A stretch of 64,000 nucleotides of DNA from positions 1 to 64,000 of IMG/VR virus record IMGVR_UViG_3300034684_000299; one strand, given 5' to 3'. The stretch is from a virus. How positions within the stretch are numbered: the first letter of the stretch is position 1; each line of letters opens with the position of its first letter. The position numbers and the translations under genes were made by a program. The notes beneath the pieces are model-generated. The model was given only the letters and a program-made list of their open reading frames with translations. It made no database searches and was not told where the DNA came from. Shown here in pieces: positions 46,287-57,000 of this stretch.

Positions 46287-47966
46287 TTGAATATACAATC
46301 TGCAAAAGAGTTTATCAAAGAAAATTTACTGATAGAAGATGTTATAAGTGAATACATACATTTAGAAAAAAGCGGGAAGAATTACAAAGCGTTATGTCCT
46401 TTCCATACTGAAGACACTCCAAGCTTTTTTGTGTTCCCCAATACTCAAACTTTCAAATGTTTTGGGTGTGGAGCACAAGGAGACGTTATTACTTTTGTAG
46501 AGAAATATGAAAATATATCTTTTGTTGATGCTATAAAAAAGTTATCTAAAAAAGCTAATATAACTTTGGAAGAAGAATCTGAAGAATTACATAAACGTGT
46601 ATTGAACATATTAAATTCAAAATATTATGAAACATTGGCATTATTACCTCAAGACCATCCTGCAAAGAAATATGTTTTAAATCGATTTAATGAACAAGAA
46701 ATACAAACATTCAGTTTAGGATATTCAAGTGGAGCAGAATATGAAGATATATTTAAAGTTTTTTCTGAACCTCTTCTTGAATTAAACTATAAAAATCATG
46801 ATATGTTTAAAAACCGAATAATTTTTCCTATAAAAGATATTAATGGTGATGTTATAGGATTCACTGCAAGAGCAATTGATGAACAAACTACTCCAAAATA
46901 CATCAATTCACCAGATTCTTTCTTATTTGATAAAAAACATGTTTTATACAATATAAACATTGCTAAGAAATTTGCTACTACAAACGATCTAGTTATTATC
47001 ACAGAAGGTGTAGCTGATACTATAAAAATGCTATCCATAGGGTTCCCTAATACTGTTGGATTGTTAGGATTGGACGTGTCTTTTGAAAAAGTAAAACTAA
47101 TATCGTCTTTATCTAAAAATCAAATTTTGATGTTAGACAACGATAACTCTGGTAGGAAAGGAACCATGGAGTATATAAAAAATTCTATACCGTTGAAAGC
47201 TCAAATAGTAGTTCCTATATACAAAGAAAAAGACCCAGATATGTTATTAAAACAACATAGTAAAGAGGAAGTCATAAAGATTATAAAAAAGAGTGTTCCA
47301 GGGATCAATTATCTCGTATATCTTATAAAAGCTAAATATGATTTGAATAATGTATTTCAAAAACAGAAATTTTTACAAGAACTTTATTCTTTGTACAATG
47401 CTCTTGTTATTCATGAACAACCATTATTTGCTGACAAAGTAATAAAATTAGTAGAAAAACTGGGGATAACAAAAGAAGCTTTTTTGAATATAAAAGATAC
47501 TGATTATATTCAAGAAGAACCTGATACTAAAGTAGATTTTAATACTTCAAATAATCTTTCAAATTTAAATAAAGTATTGCTAGTTTTAATAATTAATGCT
47601 TCTGATGAAATTAAAGAATTTTTATTAAATTTGAATCCTGATGATTTTATTGAACCTATCACATGTGATATCATAAAAAATTACCAGCGTAAACTGAAAC
47701 TCAACGAAGTAATTGATAAATATCCTTTTATTTATGACTATATTTTATCTCATTATGATTCTATTTCTGATTTACCCAAAGAAAAGGTCAATGATTACTT
47801 TTTAAAATTTAAAGATTATGTCGAAAACAAATTAAAAATAATGAGAGAATTAACTATTTTAAATGAACGCCTACGAAATACTGTTCTTCCAGAAGAAAAA
47901 GCTGAATTAGTCGAAAAAATAATTGAGATACAGCAAAAGATTAAAACTGTTTCAAATAATTCCTGA
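46287..47966 (+). CDS. dnaG: DNA primase
   Basis: CPFHTEDTPSF..CFGC Zn ribbon; YINSP; TOPRIM EG..D, LDND..G, KDPD. Confidence 0.93.
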   Translation: MNIQSAKEFIKENLLIEDVISEYIHLEKSGKNYKALCPFHTEDTPSFFVFPNTQTFKCFGCGAQGDVITFVEKYENISFVDAIKKLSKKANITLEEESEELHKRVLNILNSKYYETLALLPQDHPAKKYVLNRFNEQEIQTFSLGYSSGAEYEDIFKVFSEPLLELNYKNHDMFKNRIIFPIKDINGDVIGFTARAIDEQTTPKYINSPDSFLFDKKHVLYNINIAKKFATTNDLVIITEGVADTIKMLSIGFPNTVGLLGLDVSFEKVKLISSLSKNQILMLDNDNSGRKGTMEYIKNSIPLKAQIVVPIYKEKDPDMLLKQHSKEEVIKIIKKSVPGINYLVYLIKAKYDLNNVFQKQKFLQELYSLYNALVIHEQPLFADKVIKLVEKLGITKEAFLNIKDTDYIQEEPDTKVDFNTSNNLSNLNKVLLVLIINASDEIKEFLLNLNPDDFIEPITCDIIKNYQRKLKLNEVIDKYPFIYDYILSHYDSISDLPKEKVNDYFLKFKDYVENKLKIMRELTILNERLRNTVLPEEKAELVEKIIEIQQKIKTVSNNS

Positions 47967-47980
47967 AAGGAGGGCTTTTT

Positions 47981-50032
47981 TTGAATACCAACGAAGAAAT
48001 ACAATTATCAGTGAATAGAGATAAAAGCATACTATTTATTTATTTGCCCCAAAGTTTTATTGAAGAAAATGGCAAACCACCAGACCTTGAATTTTGGCCT
48101 GAAAAAAATGTCTGGTACCAATACCTTTTCCAAAAAGAATCTTGGAAAAATATAATAAAATATTTAAAAGGGAAGGTTGACAATCAATATATTCAAAAAA
48201 TAAGAGATTCTTTAAAAGAAGGGCGAAATTATGCATTTTATATTAAATACGACAAAGCATGGGTAAAAACCAATGACAATGATTTACTTGGTGAATTAGT
48301 AGAATGTGGTTTTAAATATTCTTATAAAACCGATTTTTATTTTGCCACTTTTCAAACTGTATTGGATAACGAATCCAAATTAAGAGATTTAATTCCAGAT
48401 GTTCTTTTTCAAGTGAAAGAGGAAGTTAAAGATAAACCAGAATTATACATCCAAAAATCAACTAAAAGCAAACAGATAGATTTAGAAAAAATTGCAAAAC
48501 TGCTTCCTCCTTATTTATATGATTTCCAAAAGGAATTTGTAATAAAAGCTTTATCAGATTATTTTAAAGGTAATCCAGGTATTATGTTAGCTGATGACGT
48601 TGGACTTGGTAAAACTGTTCAAAGTTTAGCTTTAGCTGATGTGTTATTCAAATTAGGTAAAATAGATAAAGTATTAATAATTACAAAGAAAAATGTTGTC
48701 AGACAATTTGCCAGTGAAGTCGAAAAATTTCTTAATATTGAACCAGCTATTCTCTCAACACAAGAATGGAAACCCGATACAAGCAAAGTTTTAATTACTA
48801 ATTATGAGCCTATTGTAAAATTTGTTGAAAATTGGAATCTAATGCCTCAAGACAAAAGACATAGGATATTGTTTATTATTGATGAAATAAGTAGTTTAAA
48901 AAGCAGTCAAAACAATAGAGTAAAAGCTTTCAAAAAAATGTTTAAAATGTATCCAGGATTTCGTGTAGGGCTTACCGCAACTCCATTTGGGAAAGAACTT
49001 GTTGAAATGTACAATATGTTTAAAATATTGGTTCCTGATTTCATGGATTGGTATACTTTTGATTATAACCATAGAGATACTTACAGGATAAATAAAACCA
49101 TTACTACAAAGTATGGGTATAAATATACTAAAGAAATAGAAGTAGTCAGTAATTATAAAAATTTTGAACAATTTCATGAAGCCATTGCACCTTATATGGT
49201 GAGAAGAAAGAAAAGTATGGTAGAAAAAGAGTTCGGACCTAAAATAGAACATCCTGTTTTTTTACCAGCTTCAGATAATTTCTTGTATTTATATAGAAAA
49301 TTCATGGAAGATATTATAGATGCTGTTGAAAAAAAGTATAAAGAAAAAGACCAAGGACAAGCTAAATTCTTAGGAGTTTCTCTTTTAAGGCAATTTTGTA
49401 ATTACATAGGTTTATTTGAAAAATCTGAATCACAACTTTTAAAGTATATTCCATACAAACAATATTTAATATTAACTCCTACGCTTAAACTAGATTGGGT
49501 AATAAACAAAGTAAAAGAAATAAACGATAAAGTTCTTATTTTTACGGAATTTGCTAGAATGGCTGAAATTTTAGATAAAACATTCATAGATTTAGGATAT
49601 AAAACTAGAAAGATAACAGGAGCTACCAACAAAGACGATAGAGAATTGTTGAAGCAACAATTTGAAAAAGATAAGTTTCAAATACTCATTGGCACAAATG
49701 CCATGGCGTATGGAGGAAACTTTCAGTTTGTAGATTATTTAATAAATTATGATTTGTCGTATAATCCAGAAGTCAATTGGCAACGTGAAGGTAGAATTCA
49801 TAGATTGGGCAATACAAATACCAAACATATATACAATTTGTTCTTATCTAGTAACGATCCAGACTTTCTTTTGATAGAAGAATTGATATACGAAACTCTC
49901 CAAAGAAGGATGAAAGAAGCTGAATTAGCTACATCAGCTGAAGAATTAAAATTAGAACATGATGACACAGCTATCATAAACGATATAACGAAAACAATCT
50001 TCAAACAAGCAAAAAAGAACAAGCTTTTTTAA
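47981..50032 (+). CDS. SNF2-family helicase/translocase
   Basis: LADDVGLGKT, IIDEIS, GLTATP, MVRRKK, KVLIFTEF, YNP..QREGRIHRLG. Confidence 0.9.
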   Translation: MNTNEEIQLSVNRDKSILFIYLPQSFIEENGKPPDLEFWPEKNVWYQYLFQKESWKNIIKYLKGKVDNQYIQKIRDSLKEGRNYAFYIKYDKAWVKTNDNDLLGELVECGFKYSYKTDFYFATFQTVLDNESKLRDLIPDVLFQVKEEVKDKPELYIQKSTKSKQIDLEKIAKLLPPYLYDFQKEFVIKALSDYFKGNPGIMLADDVGLGKTVQSLALADVLFKLGKIDKVLIITKKNVVRQFASEVEKFLNIEPAILSTQEWKPDTSKVLITNYEPIVKFVENWNLMPQDKRHRILFIIDEISSLKSSQNNRVKAFKKMFKMYPGFRVGLTATPFGKELVEMYNMFKILVPDFMDWYTFDYNHRDTYRINKTITTKYGYKYTKEIEVVSNYKNFEQFHEAIAPYMVRRKKSMVEKEFGPKIEHPVFLPASDNFLYLYRKFMEDIIDAVEKKYKEKDQGQAKFLGVSLLRQFCNYIGLFEKSESQLLKYIPYKQYLILTPTLKLDWVINKVKEINDKVLIFTEFARMAEILDKTFIDLGYKTRKITGATNKDDRELLKQQFEKDKFQILIGTNAMAYGGNFQFVDYLINYDLSYNPEVNWQREGRIHRLGNTNTKHIYNLFLSSNDPDFLLIEELIYETLQRRMKEAELATSAEELKLEHDDTAIINDITKTIFKQAKKNKLF

Positions 50033-50053
50033 TGTTCAAAAAAGCTTTGTTTT
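50021..50053. terminator. Putative terminator between convergent genes
   Basis: AAGCTTTTTT/AAAAAAGCTT inverted repeat followed by T-run. Confidence 0.45.
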
Positions 50054-50091
50054 TTGGTATATATTAAATATATTAAAAATATGCTAGGCTT

Positions 50092-50586
50092 TTAGTTTGG
50101 GTTGAAAAGATGAATATATTTAGAAAATGAATTAGAAACATTTTTTATCTTGTTTAGAATACGTCCATTGCTATCAAGAAATAAGGTTGGATAAAAAGTC
50201 TTGCCGTGTGAAAAATAATACGCAATATTACGTTCTATAATTTTTAGAATTGTTTGTTCTAATACTTTATACAAATGAAAATCAACAACTTCTTTTGGAG
50301 TTACAATTACATTCAAAATATCTTCATCTAAAATTGAATCGTCATAAGTACTTAAAATAAGCATTTTTATATTATAATCAATAGCTTTAGAAAAATCGTT
50401 GTATATCAACATGGTAATAAATTTAAAATAAGGAAGATTATCGTTTATTATATTGTACTCGAATTCTTCGTATTTTTTGTACTTTAAAAAATTTATAACG
50501 GTTGGCATATACAAATTTATAGTCATACTTAATATCTTATAAAAATCTGACCTGTTATATTGTTTTTGATTATTTTGATTATTCAT
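50092..50586 (-). CDS. Hypothetical protein (164 aa)
   Basis: SD AAGGGGG. Confidence 0.65.
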   Translation of the reverse strand: MNNQNNQKQYNRSDFYKILSMTINLYMPTVINFLKYKKYEEFEYNIINDNLPYFKFITMLIYNDFSKAIDYNIKMLILSTYDDSILDEDILNVIVTPKEVVDFHLYKVLEQTILKIIERNIAYYFSHGKTFYPTLFLDSNGRILNKIKNVSNSFSKYIHLFNPN

Positions 50587-50596
50587 AAAATCCCCC

Positions 50597-51154
50597 TTAT
50601 GTTTCTAAAATTCGATAATCAACATATTTAGGTTCTTCTACGACTACAGGTTCTTTGTTGTATATATCTTTTATAATTTTTTCTTCCAATTTGTTCAGAG
50701 CTTCTTTAAGAGTTACCGGTTTAACTTCATAAACGCCTAAATCCATGAACGGTAAAATAGTAGCTTCATATTTTGTTTTATCTAGTATTATATAACCAAT
50801 TCCTACTTGCAACAATTTAAACTGCATCATGTTTTCAGGTTCATAAAAATTCATCTTAGATTTTACAAAACAACCGTCTCCAACGGTTAATTTTTCATTT
50901 TCTAGGTAAGCTAATGAAGTATGTATTGCAGCATAAAACGAAGTTGGTAAATTTTTTAAATTCCTTACAAACATAACTTTCTCTTCCCCAGATTCTCCTA
51001 AATTAGAAAACATCAAATCAAAATCTTCACGCAAATTCTTTAACTGATATATCTTATCGATATTATAACCAAACACTAAATCAGGAATGACTTTGTACTC
51101 TGTTAAATCTGACATGTACGATAATAAAAGCTTGCGTTCAGGCTCTAATACCAC
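50597..51154 (-). CDS. Hypothetical protein (185 aa)
   Basis: SD AAGGGGG, GTG start. Confidence 0.65.
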   Translation of the reverse strand: MVLEPERKLLLSYMSDLTEYKVIPDLVFGYNIDKIYQLKNLREDFDLMFSNLGESGEEKVMFVRNLKNLPTSFYAAIHTSLAYLENEKLTVGDGCFVKSKMNFYEPENMMQFKLLQVGIGYIILDKTKYEATILPFMDLGVYEVKPVTLKEALNKLEEKIIKDIYNKEPVVVEEPKYVDYRILET

Positions 51155-51233
51155 GTTTAGTTTCCCCCTTATTCTGAAGTTTTGATTAAAAGTATCTTTC
51201 CTTGATTATATTCTATCATGAAAAACGAAATAT

Positions 51234-51470
51234 ATGTTAATTTTTTGGTATATATATATTAAATTATATGAACAAAAGGAGGTGTTTACCATTAACAATG
51301 ATTTTGAGAAATGTTTAGCGATGTTAAGGAAGGATAAAAGGATAGAGGAACTTCTAAAAATTCATAACGAAAAAGAAAAAGAACTTTCGGCACTTCAAAA
51401 AGCTTTTAACATGGATACTTCGTTTCAAGGTAATTTTTATTTGGACGACGACACAAAAGATTTTGAGTAA
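51234..51470 (+). CDS. Small hypothetical protein; best SD points to ATT 51291
   Basis: AAGGAGGT 7 nt before in-frame ATT. Confidence 0.55.
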   Translation: MLIFWYIYIKLYEQKEVFTINNDFEKCLAMLRKDKRIEELLKIHNEKEKELSALQKAFNMDTSFQGNFYLDDDTKDFE

Positions 51471-51484
51471 TTTTTAGAAAAAGC

Positions 51485-51513
51485 TTGTTTTCTTCATAGA
51501 TATATGGTATAAT
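51485..51513 (+). promoter_or_regulatory. sigma70/sigmaA-type promoter
   Basis: TTGTTT-N17-TATAAT with TGn. Confidence 0.6.
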
Positions 51514-51554
51514 TTAACGAACCTAGAGGAACAAAAAAATTTTTTGTTAGGAGT

Positions 51555-52262
51555 GTGATAAAGTTGGTATCTCTGAAGATTATCAAAAAGTTTATTGAGT
51601 TGTATGATCCAGGGAACAGTCCAAGACATTTTTACAACTTTGTTATAACACTGATTGAGTTGTCTGAAAGAAAAGCGTTAATCAGTGGAGCAAAGTTGAA
51701 TATGGGTGAAATTTCTCGTAAGTATCATACGCCAAGAGCGAGAATATTGGATACTTGGCGTACATTTAATGAACTGGGATATTTGGTAGCTCAAAACGCC
51801 AAAGGTTCTTCCAGATATTTTGTAAAGTTAGGTCCCGTGTTTCAAGAATATTTTGCAGCTATTATGTTGGAGAACAATGAATTTCCTGGTGATGATTTTA
51901 TCAAAATACTTTTCAAACAGTTTTTTCAAACTACAAGGGACTCTTTCGCTAAGGAATTAACGAATGCAATAAATAATTCAATGGCTCCTTCTTTCAAAGA
52001 ACTGTATCCAGAACTATGGAAATTCCTGCCAGACGATGAAAAAGAAATATTAGAAGTTTATGAAACATATGCTGGACAATTAGACATATCTGAATTTGGC
52101 GTTTTTGAAAAAATTTGTAAAATGTATCCAAGACTAGATATCTTAGAAGGAATTAAAAAGACATATTCAGACGATACAGAGGAAAACTTCTTAAGAAAAT
52201 ACGGTGTTAGAGCTTTAGATAATTATTTATCATTAAAAGTCAAAAAGGAGGAATTAAAATGA
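51555..52262 (+). CDS. Winged-helix DNA-binding protein, possibly DnaD-like C-terminus
   Basis: ISRKYHTPRARILDTWRTFNELGYLV HTH-like segment. Confidence 0.45.
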   Translation: MIKLVSLKIIKKFIELYDPGNSPRHFYNFVITLIELSERKALISGAKLNMGEISRKYHTPRARILDTWRTFNELGYLVAQNAKGSSRYFVKLGPVFQEYFAAIMLENNEFPGDDFIKILFKQFFQTTRDSFAKELTNAINNSMAPSFKELYPELWKFLPDDEKEILEVYETYAGQLDISEFGVFEKICKMYPRLDILEGIKKTYSDDTEENFLRKYGVRALDNYLSLKVKKEELK

Positions 52263-53167
52263 AAGTAGTTGATGAACTTTTGCAAAGTTGGTACCTACCA
52301 ATGGTAGGAAAAATTAAAACAGGTATGAAAGTTTCAAAAGACGGTGTCACTCGCCCTCAAAAATTCGATCATTTTGTAATCTTATCGGTTGCCAAAGATG
52401 GAAAGTTTGAAAACAAAGTGCATGAAATTTTCAATACTTTGTATTCGAAAAAGCAAGCATTACCTATTACGTTCCCGTCAGATAACATTAAAGATATTTT
52501 TTCTGTCCATTATGGAGTCTTCGCTGGTAGCACCCGAATATGTTTTGGGGATGGAGAAACATACAAAAGAGATATTAAAGGGCAACAAAGCACCGGAGTA
52601 TGTGATTATAAAAACTGTGAGTTTGGTAAACAACACAAATGCAAAATGAATATGACATTGAAAGTTTTACTTCGCAATCCTGAACATAATACGGTTTATT
52701 CTGGTGGATATTTTGTATTCAACAGTTCAGGATTCAAAACCATTGATACAATAGCTAAAAATTTAAAAATGGCTAAGGATATTTATGGATATTTAGCAGG
52801 ATTACCAGCATTTCTAATAATGGAAAATGATTCTGCTAAATTAGAAAAAGACGGGAAGGAATTCATTACAAGATATTATTATGAAAGAATAGAAATTGAA
52901 GTACCTCTAGACAATATAAAAGGCAAAACATTGATAAAGAACAATTACAATAACGATAGCAACCCTTTTGAAGCTGACGAAGTAGAAAGTAAAAATTATC
53001 CACCTAAAAACAATCCTTATCAAACATCATCACAAGTTCAAAAAGAAAGATCTGTTAATAGAGTAGCTAATCCGGCCGCAAACAAAAAAGTCGTAAATCA
53101 GGATACGGATTTTGATTTACCCATTTTTGAAGATGATCCGTTTGCCGATATTGATGAAATTGAATAA
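52259..53167 (+). CDS. Gp3-like / recombination-associated protein with SSB-like acidic tail
   Basis: GKIKTG..RPQKFDHF, RICFGDGE, C..CEF..CK; C-terminus DFDLPIFEDDPFADIDEIE. Confidence 0.55.
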   Translation: MKVVDELLQSWYLPMVGKIKTGMKVSKDGVTRPQKFDHFVILSVAKDGKFENKVHEIFNTLYSKKQALPITFPSDNIKDIFSVHYGVFAGSTRICFGDGETYKRDIKGQQSTGVCDYKNCEFGKQHKCKMNMTLKVLLRNPEHNTVYSGGYFVFNSSGFKTIDTIAKNLKMAKDIYGYLAGLPAFLIMENDSAKLEKDGKEFITRYYYERIEIEVPLDNIKGKTLIKNNYNNDSNPFEADEVESKNYPPKNNPYQTSSQVQKERSVNRVANPAANKKVVNQDTDFDLPIFEDDPFADIDEIE

Positions 53168-53197
53168 AAATAATTATTAATAAAAGGAGGAATAAAA

Positions 53198-54367
53198 ATG
53201 ACTCTGCGTGCACAATCTGCAAGTAGTATAAAAACAGCACAATGTTTGGAAGCATTCAAATTAATATATATAGACCGAATAACCAAATTTGAAGCTGGAA
53301 TAGCAGCCCAAGTTGGTGGCGTTGTTCATAAGATTCATGAAGTATATTTCAACAAAGTTGTAAAAGAAAACGATACAAACAAACACGATTTGAATACTTT
53401 CAAACAATCTATAGACGAAGTTTTATCAACAATCGCAGACGAAAATTTAAAATCAGAAGTAATATCTGTAGTTGAAGATTTAGATCCAAGAGATTATTTG
53501 CCAGAAATAGCTTTTACCAAAGGAACTCCAGAATTAAAAATAGCTGTTAACGACAAGTTAGAAAAATGTGATTTCTTTGACCCTAATGCATTTGCTAGAG
53601 GAATCATAGATGTACATTGGTTTGATAATAATACGTTATATGTTTTAGATTATAAAACTAATGCTCAAAAGAACGCCGATGTCGCTCAATTGGATTTCTA
53701 TGCTTGGTTGACTTATGAATATTATAAAAATGATGAAGATGTCGATTTTGATAATATTGTTTTGTTGTTTGCTTATTTAAAGCATCCTAATCCTTTAGAA
53801 GAGATGCGTAAATATACATTAGATGAAATAGAAGACAAAATAAAATTCAACATTCTTTCTGAGATTGATAAAATAAACAATGCTAAAGAGTTCCCGCCCA
53901 ATCCTTCTCCTGATAGATGTAGATTCTGCCCAGTATCTTATGCGTGTTCCTTGTTAACTGATTTGAGCAGAACACCCATGAAATCCCCAGATCAAATTAC
54001 AGAAGAAGATGCTGTTAAGTATGCTCAAATTTATATTGTTGCAGATTCTACTGCTAAACAATTAAAACCTATAATAGAAAAAATTCTTGAAGAGAAAAAT
54101 GAATTGCCTATAGGTGAAGAAACTTTGTATTATAAAACCATAAGTAAAAAAGAACCTCTTAAAGAATATTTTCTTCCGCAACTCAAAAAATTAACTAAGG
54201 ATGAACTAATTGAAGAAATAAAGCTCTCAAATAAACTCATAACTAAATATAAATGGAATGCTCCAGAAGAAGCCTTTCAAGTATCAAGTTATAAAGTTTT
54301 GAGTTCAAGAAAAACAGAACAAAATCAAGAACAATCATCTTTCGAGGAGGGGAAATTGTGGAATTAA
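53198..54367 (+). CDS. PD-(D/E)XK exonuclease (AddB/Cas4-like, 4 Cys)
   Basis: RGIIDV..VLDYKT, QLDFY, N-terminal Cys plus CRFCPVSYAC. Confidence 0.8.
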   Translation: MTLRAQSASSIKTAQCLEAFKLIYIDRITKFEAGIAAQVGGVVHKIHEVYFNKVVKENDTNKHDLNTFKQSIDEVLSTIADENLKSEVISVVEDLDPRDYLPEIAFTKGTPELKIAVNDKLEKCDFFDPNAFARGIIDVHWFDNNTLYVLDYKTNAQKNADVAQLDFYAWLTYEYYKNDEDVDFDNIVLLFAYLKHPNPLEEMRKYTLDEIEDKIKFNILSEIDKINNAKEFPPNPSPDRCRFCPVSYACSLLTDLSRTPMKSPDQITEEDAVKYAQIYIVADSTAKQLKPIIEKILEEKNELPIGEETLYYKTISKKEPLKEYFLPQLKKLTKDELIEEIKLSNKLITKYKWNAPEEAFQVSSYKVLSSRKTEQNQEQSSFEEGKLWN

Positions 54368-55287
54368 ATAATAAATATGATGAAAAAGTTTTATGTATAT
54401 CTAAGCAAAGTATTTTTGAAAACAATGAAAAATTAGTTTCTCTAGGAATGAGATTGAAAAAAGATGATCCAAATGTGTTTGCGGTTTTACTCGGAGATAC
54501 TAATTTAGAATATGAATACAAATTTTTAAGTAGACGAGAAGCCGGAGATGACCCAGAATATCCTGTTGCTGCAAGTGATTTGGATTATGTTCAAGTTATC
54601 CCTTATATAATTACAATAGATCGAAAAACACAAAATGTAATTATGGGTGTAAGATCGGATGACTCTACTGAGCAAAGGTTAGCAGGTAAATTAGCTTTAG
54701 GATTGGGAGGCCATATAAACGAAGGAGATGTTGATGGAGCTAAGAATTTTTCTGAAATAATTTTAAATGCAGCAAAGAGAGAATTGTCAGAAGAGTTAGA
54801 AGGATTTCAATACAGTAAAATAGAATTCTATCCATGGTTTGATTCTGAAGACGCCAAAAAGAATTTCCTTGTATTCTTTTATGATTTAAGTGAAGAGGTT
54901 TCAAAATTTCATTTAGGAGTTCTAATGCTTGCTGAAATAGATAGAGATGACGATAGTGAATTAGTATTTGCAGAAGGAAAAGATTTGATATATTTATTTC
55001 CTGATTTTCTTTCAGAAAAATCATTGGATGTAGACGAAGTATTAGAACGTATGCAATATTCTTATGATAAAGTCAATCTTTCGGAAGAATACATCTTGGG
55101 TTTTAATTATTTGAAAATGCCTTCGGCATATGATGCATTGGAATTATTAACTTCGTCTAAGTATCAAGTAGAAATTGAAGGATGGACAAAAGTAGCTGCA
55201 AAAATATTGTCCGACTTACCTAACCAGTTAGAGAACTTAAGATATATAGCTAAGTATAATAAAATAATTAAAAAATTGAATCTGTGA
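54358..55287 (+). CDS. Nudix-family hydrolase
   Basis: VQVIPY, GLGGHINEGD...AKRELSEEL, HLG. Confidence 0.75.
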   Translation: MELNNKYDEKVLCISKQSIFENNEKLVSLGMRLKKDDPNVFAVLLGDTNLEYEYKFLSRREAGDDPEYPVAASDLDYVQVIPYIITIDRKTQNVIMGVRSDDSTEQRLAGKLALGLGGHINEGDVDGAKNFSEIILNAAKRELSEELEGFQYSKIEFYPWFDSEDAKKNFLVFFYDLSEEVSKFHLGVLMLAEIDRDDDSELVFAEGKDLIYLFPDFLSEKSLDVDEVLERMQYSYDKVNLSEEYILGFNYLKMPSAYDALELLTSSKYQVEIEGWTKVAAKILSDLPNQLENLRYIAKYNKIIKKLNL

Positions 55288-55315
55288 ATTCATAAGAAAG
55301 GAGACGAAAAAACTA

Positions 55316-56068
55316 ATGCGTGTTTTGCCTTATCGACCATCTTTTTATCTTAATGATTTTATGTTTGAAAAAGTAGATGTATATATCAATGAAACTTATG
55401 ATCTAGAAGAATATATTAATTTTATAATTTATGACAATGGATACATTAAATTGAAAGGTATTCCTGAAAAAAGACGCCCACCGGATGTGATATACCCAAA
55501 AGCAAAGTCCATATACAACGGAGCTAAAACGCTTGCAGCTTGGTATACTATATATAAAAGATATAAAGATTCTTATAGAGAATTTTTAAGTTCCAAATTA
55601 GATAAAACAATAGCATCGTTAGCCGTTGAAAAACCTGACATTTGGGTATTTAACAATGGGTTGTTTGATTTAAGTAATAGAATAGCTAGAAGATTAAGAG
55701 AAGAATACATTGATTTCTTTCCAAAATACTTTTGGAATACATACCATGAAACATTAGACAAATTGTTGAAATATCAAAGTGAAGAATTTTACGACCATAT
55801 AGTAAATTTTTCAAGTTTATCATCCATTATAGATTTATTCTCAGCAGATTTCAAAAGAAACGTTTTGTATTTCAATCTATCGGTTTTAAAACACGATAGT
55901 CGCGGGCTCAAAGACCAAAAATCAGTATTCGTATTGGATACAAAAAAAGGAGAAGTTTTATTCCCAGAATATTCTAATATTGTTTCAAAACAAACTTATT
56001 CATTAGTAGATGCTAAACTAAGGTTTTCAGATTTAAAAACGAAAGCTGAATACTCTGCAATAAACTAA
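55316..56068 (+). CDS. Hypothetical protein (250 aa)
   Basis: SD AAAGGAG. Confidence 0.65.
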   Translation: MRVLPYRPSFYLNDFMFEKVDVYINETYDLEEYINFIIYDNGYIKLKGIPEKRRPPDVIYPKAKSIYNGAKTLAAWYTIYKRYKDSYREFLSSKLDKTIASLAVEKPDIWVFNNGLFDLSNRIARRLREEYIDFFPKYFWNTYHETLDKLLKYQSEEFYDHIVNFSSLSSIIDLFSADFKRNVLYFNLSVLKHDSRGLKDQKSVFVLDTKKGEVLFPEYSNIVSKQTYSLVDAKLRFSDLKTKAEYSAIN

Positions 56069-56083
56069 CTCATTTTCAAATCA

Positions 56084-56112
56084 AAGCTCCCGTTGCCTCT
56101 GGGAGCTTATTT
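56084..56112 (+). terminator. Intrinsic terminator
   Basis: AAGCTCCC/GGGAGCTT stem then ATTTT. Confidence 0.7.
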
Positions 56113-56142
56113 TCTATTATATTTTTAAGGAGGAGAAATAAT

Positions 56143-56532
56143 ATGGCATATAAAGATTTTTATTATGTAGATTCAATTTATGCAAAACCTCAAAAGGAAA
56201 TTACATTAACTGAAAATAAATTAATTTTCAAATCTCAAAACGGAGATAAGAATAAATTAAAAATTGAGAAAGAAATTACTAAAACAGAAGAAATCCAAAA
56301 AGAAATAGATTCATTACTATCAGATTTTTTAAAATTTTTAAAACAATCGGGAACGACTTCCTATTCTTTAGGAGAAGGCCCTGATAATGTTTCAGTAATG
56401 ACTTTTACAACGTATTATGCTAAAATACGTAGTATTGAAATGACCATTAAATTTGATAATAAAAATGATAAGAAAAAATTAGCTCAAAAAATATCTAAAA
56501 TATTACGTGAAAACTCAAAAAAAGCTTCATGA
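56143..56532 (+). CDS. Hypothetical protein (129 aa)
   Basis: SD AAGGAGG. Confidence 0.7.
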   Translation: MAYKDFYYVDSIYAKPQKEITLTENKLIFKSQNGDKNKLKIEKEITKTEEIQKEIDSLLSDFLKFLKQSGTTSYSLGEGPDNVSVMTFTTYYAKIRSIEMTIKFDNKNDKKKLAQKISKILRENSKKAS

Positions 56533-56547
56533 GAAGGAGGAACAATT

Positions 56548-57000
56548 ATGAGTTTATTATTTTTAATGAAAAAAAATAACGTCTATACCTTCTATAATTT
56601 TGCTCTAACTAAAAAATATGAATATGTTGTATATTATGGCATGACAAAAAAAATACCACCAAAGAAATGGAAAGTAGTTATAGATAAATCTATTACTAGC
56701 ATTATATCTGCAATTCCATTTGATGCCAGAAATTTTCTTGCTGGTTCTATTTATGATATTCTAATTAGCGAAGATTATGAAATAGATATTTTCTATAAAA
56801 TGGAAGATTATGATATATCTATTAGAATTGACGGTATGTATAATGACCCAGATAATCATGAAGAGGAAAAAATATTTGTAAAAAAAGTGCGTACCTTTCT
56901 TCGAAGAATTTATAACGAATTGCATGCTGAAACATATGCATCATTAAAGAATGGGAGGAATGATTATTATGCTACTAGAAGTAGAAATAAGAAACGGTAA
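56548..57000 (+). CDS. Hypothetical protein (150 aa)
   Basis: SD AAGGAGG. Confidence 0.7.
   Translation: MSLLFLMKKNNVYTFYNFALTKKYEYVVYYGMTKKIPPKKWKVVIDKSITSIISAIPFDARNFLAGSIYDILISEDYEIDIFYKMEDYDISIRIDGMYNDPDNHEEEKIFVKKVRTFLRRIYNELHAETYASLKNGRNDYYATRSRNKKR

Noticed and set aside
50050-51263. Repeated TTTTTTGGTATATAT (50050 and 51241) as an operator or origin iteron
   Set aside because: Only two low-complexity copies in very AT-rich DNA; not enough support.
53198-54367. Cas4 as part of a CRISPR adaptation system
   Set aside because: No cas1/cas2 or array; context is a phage recombination module.
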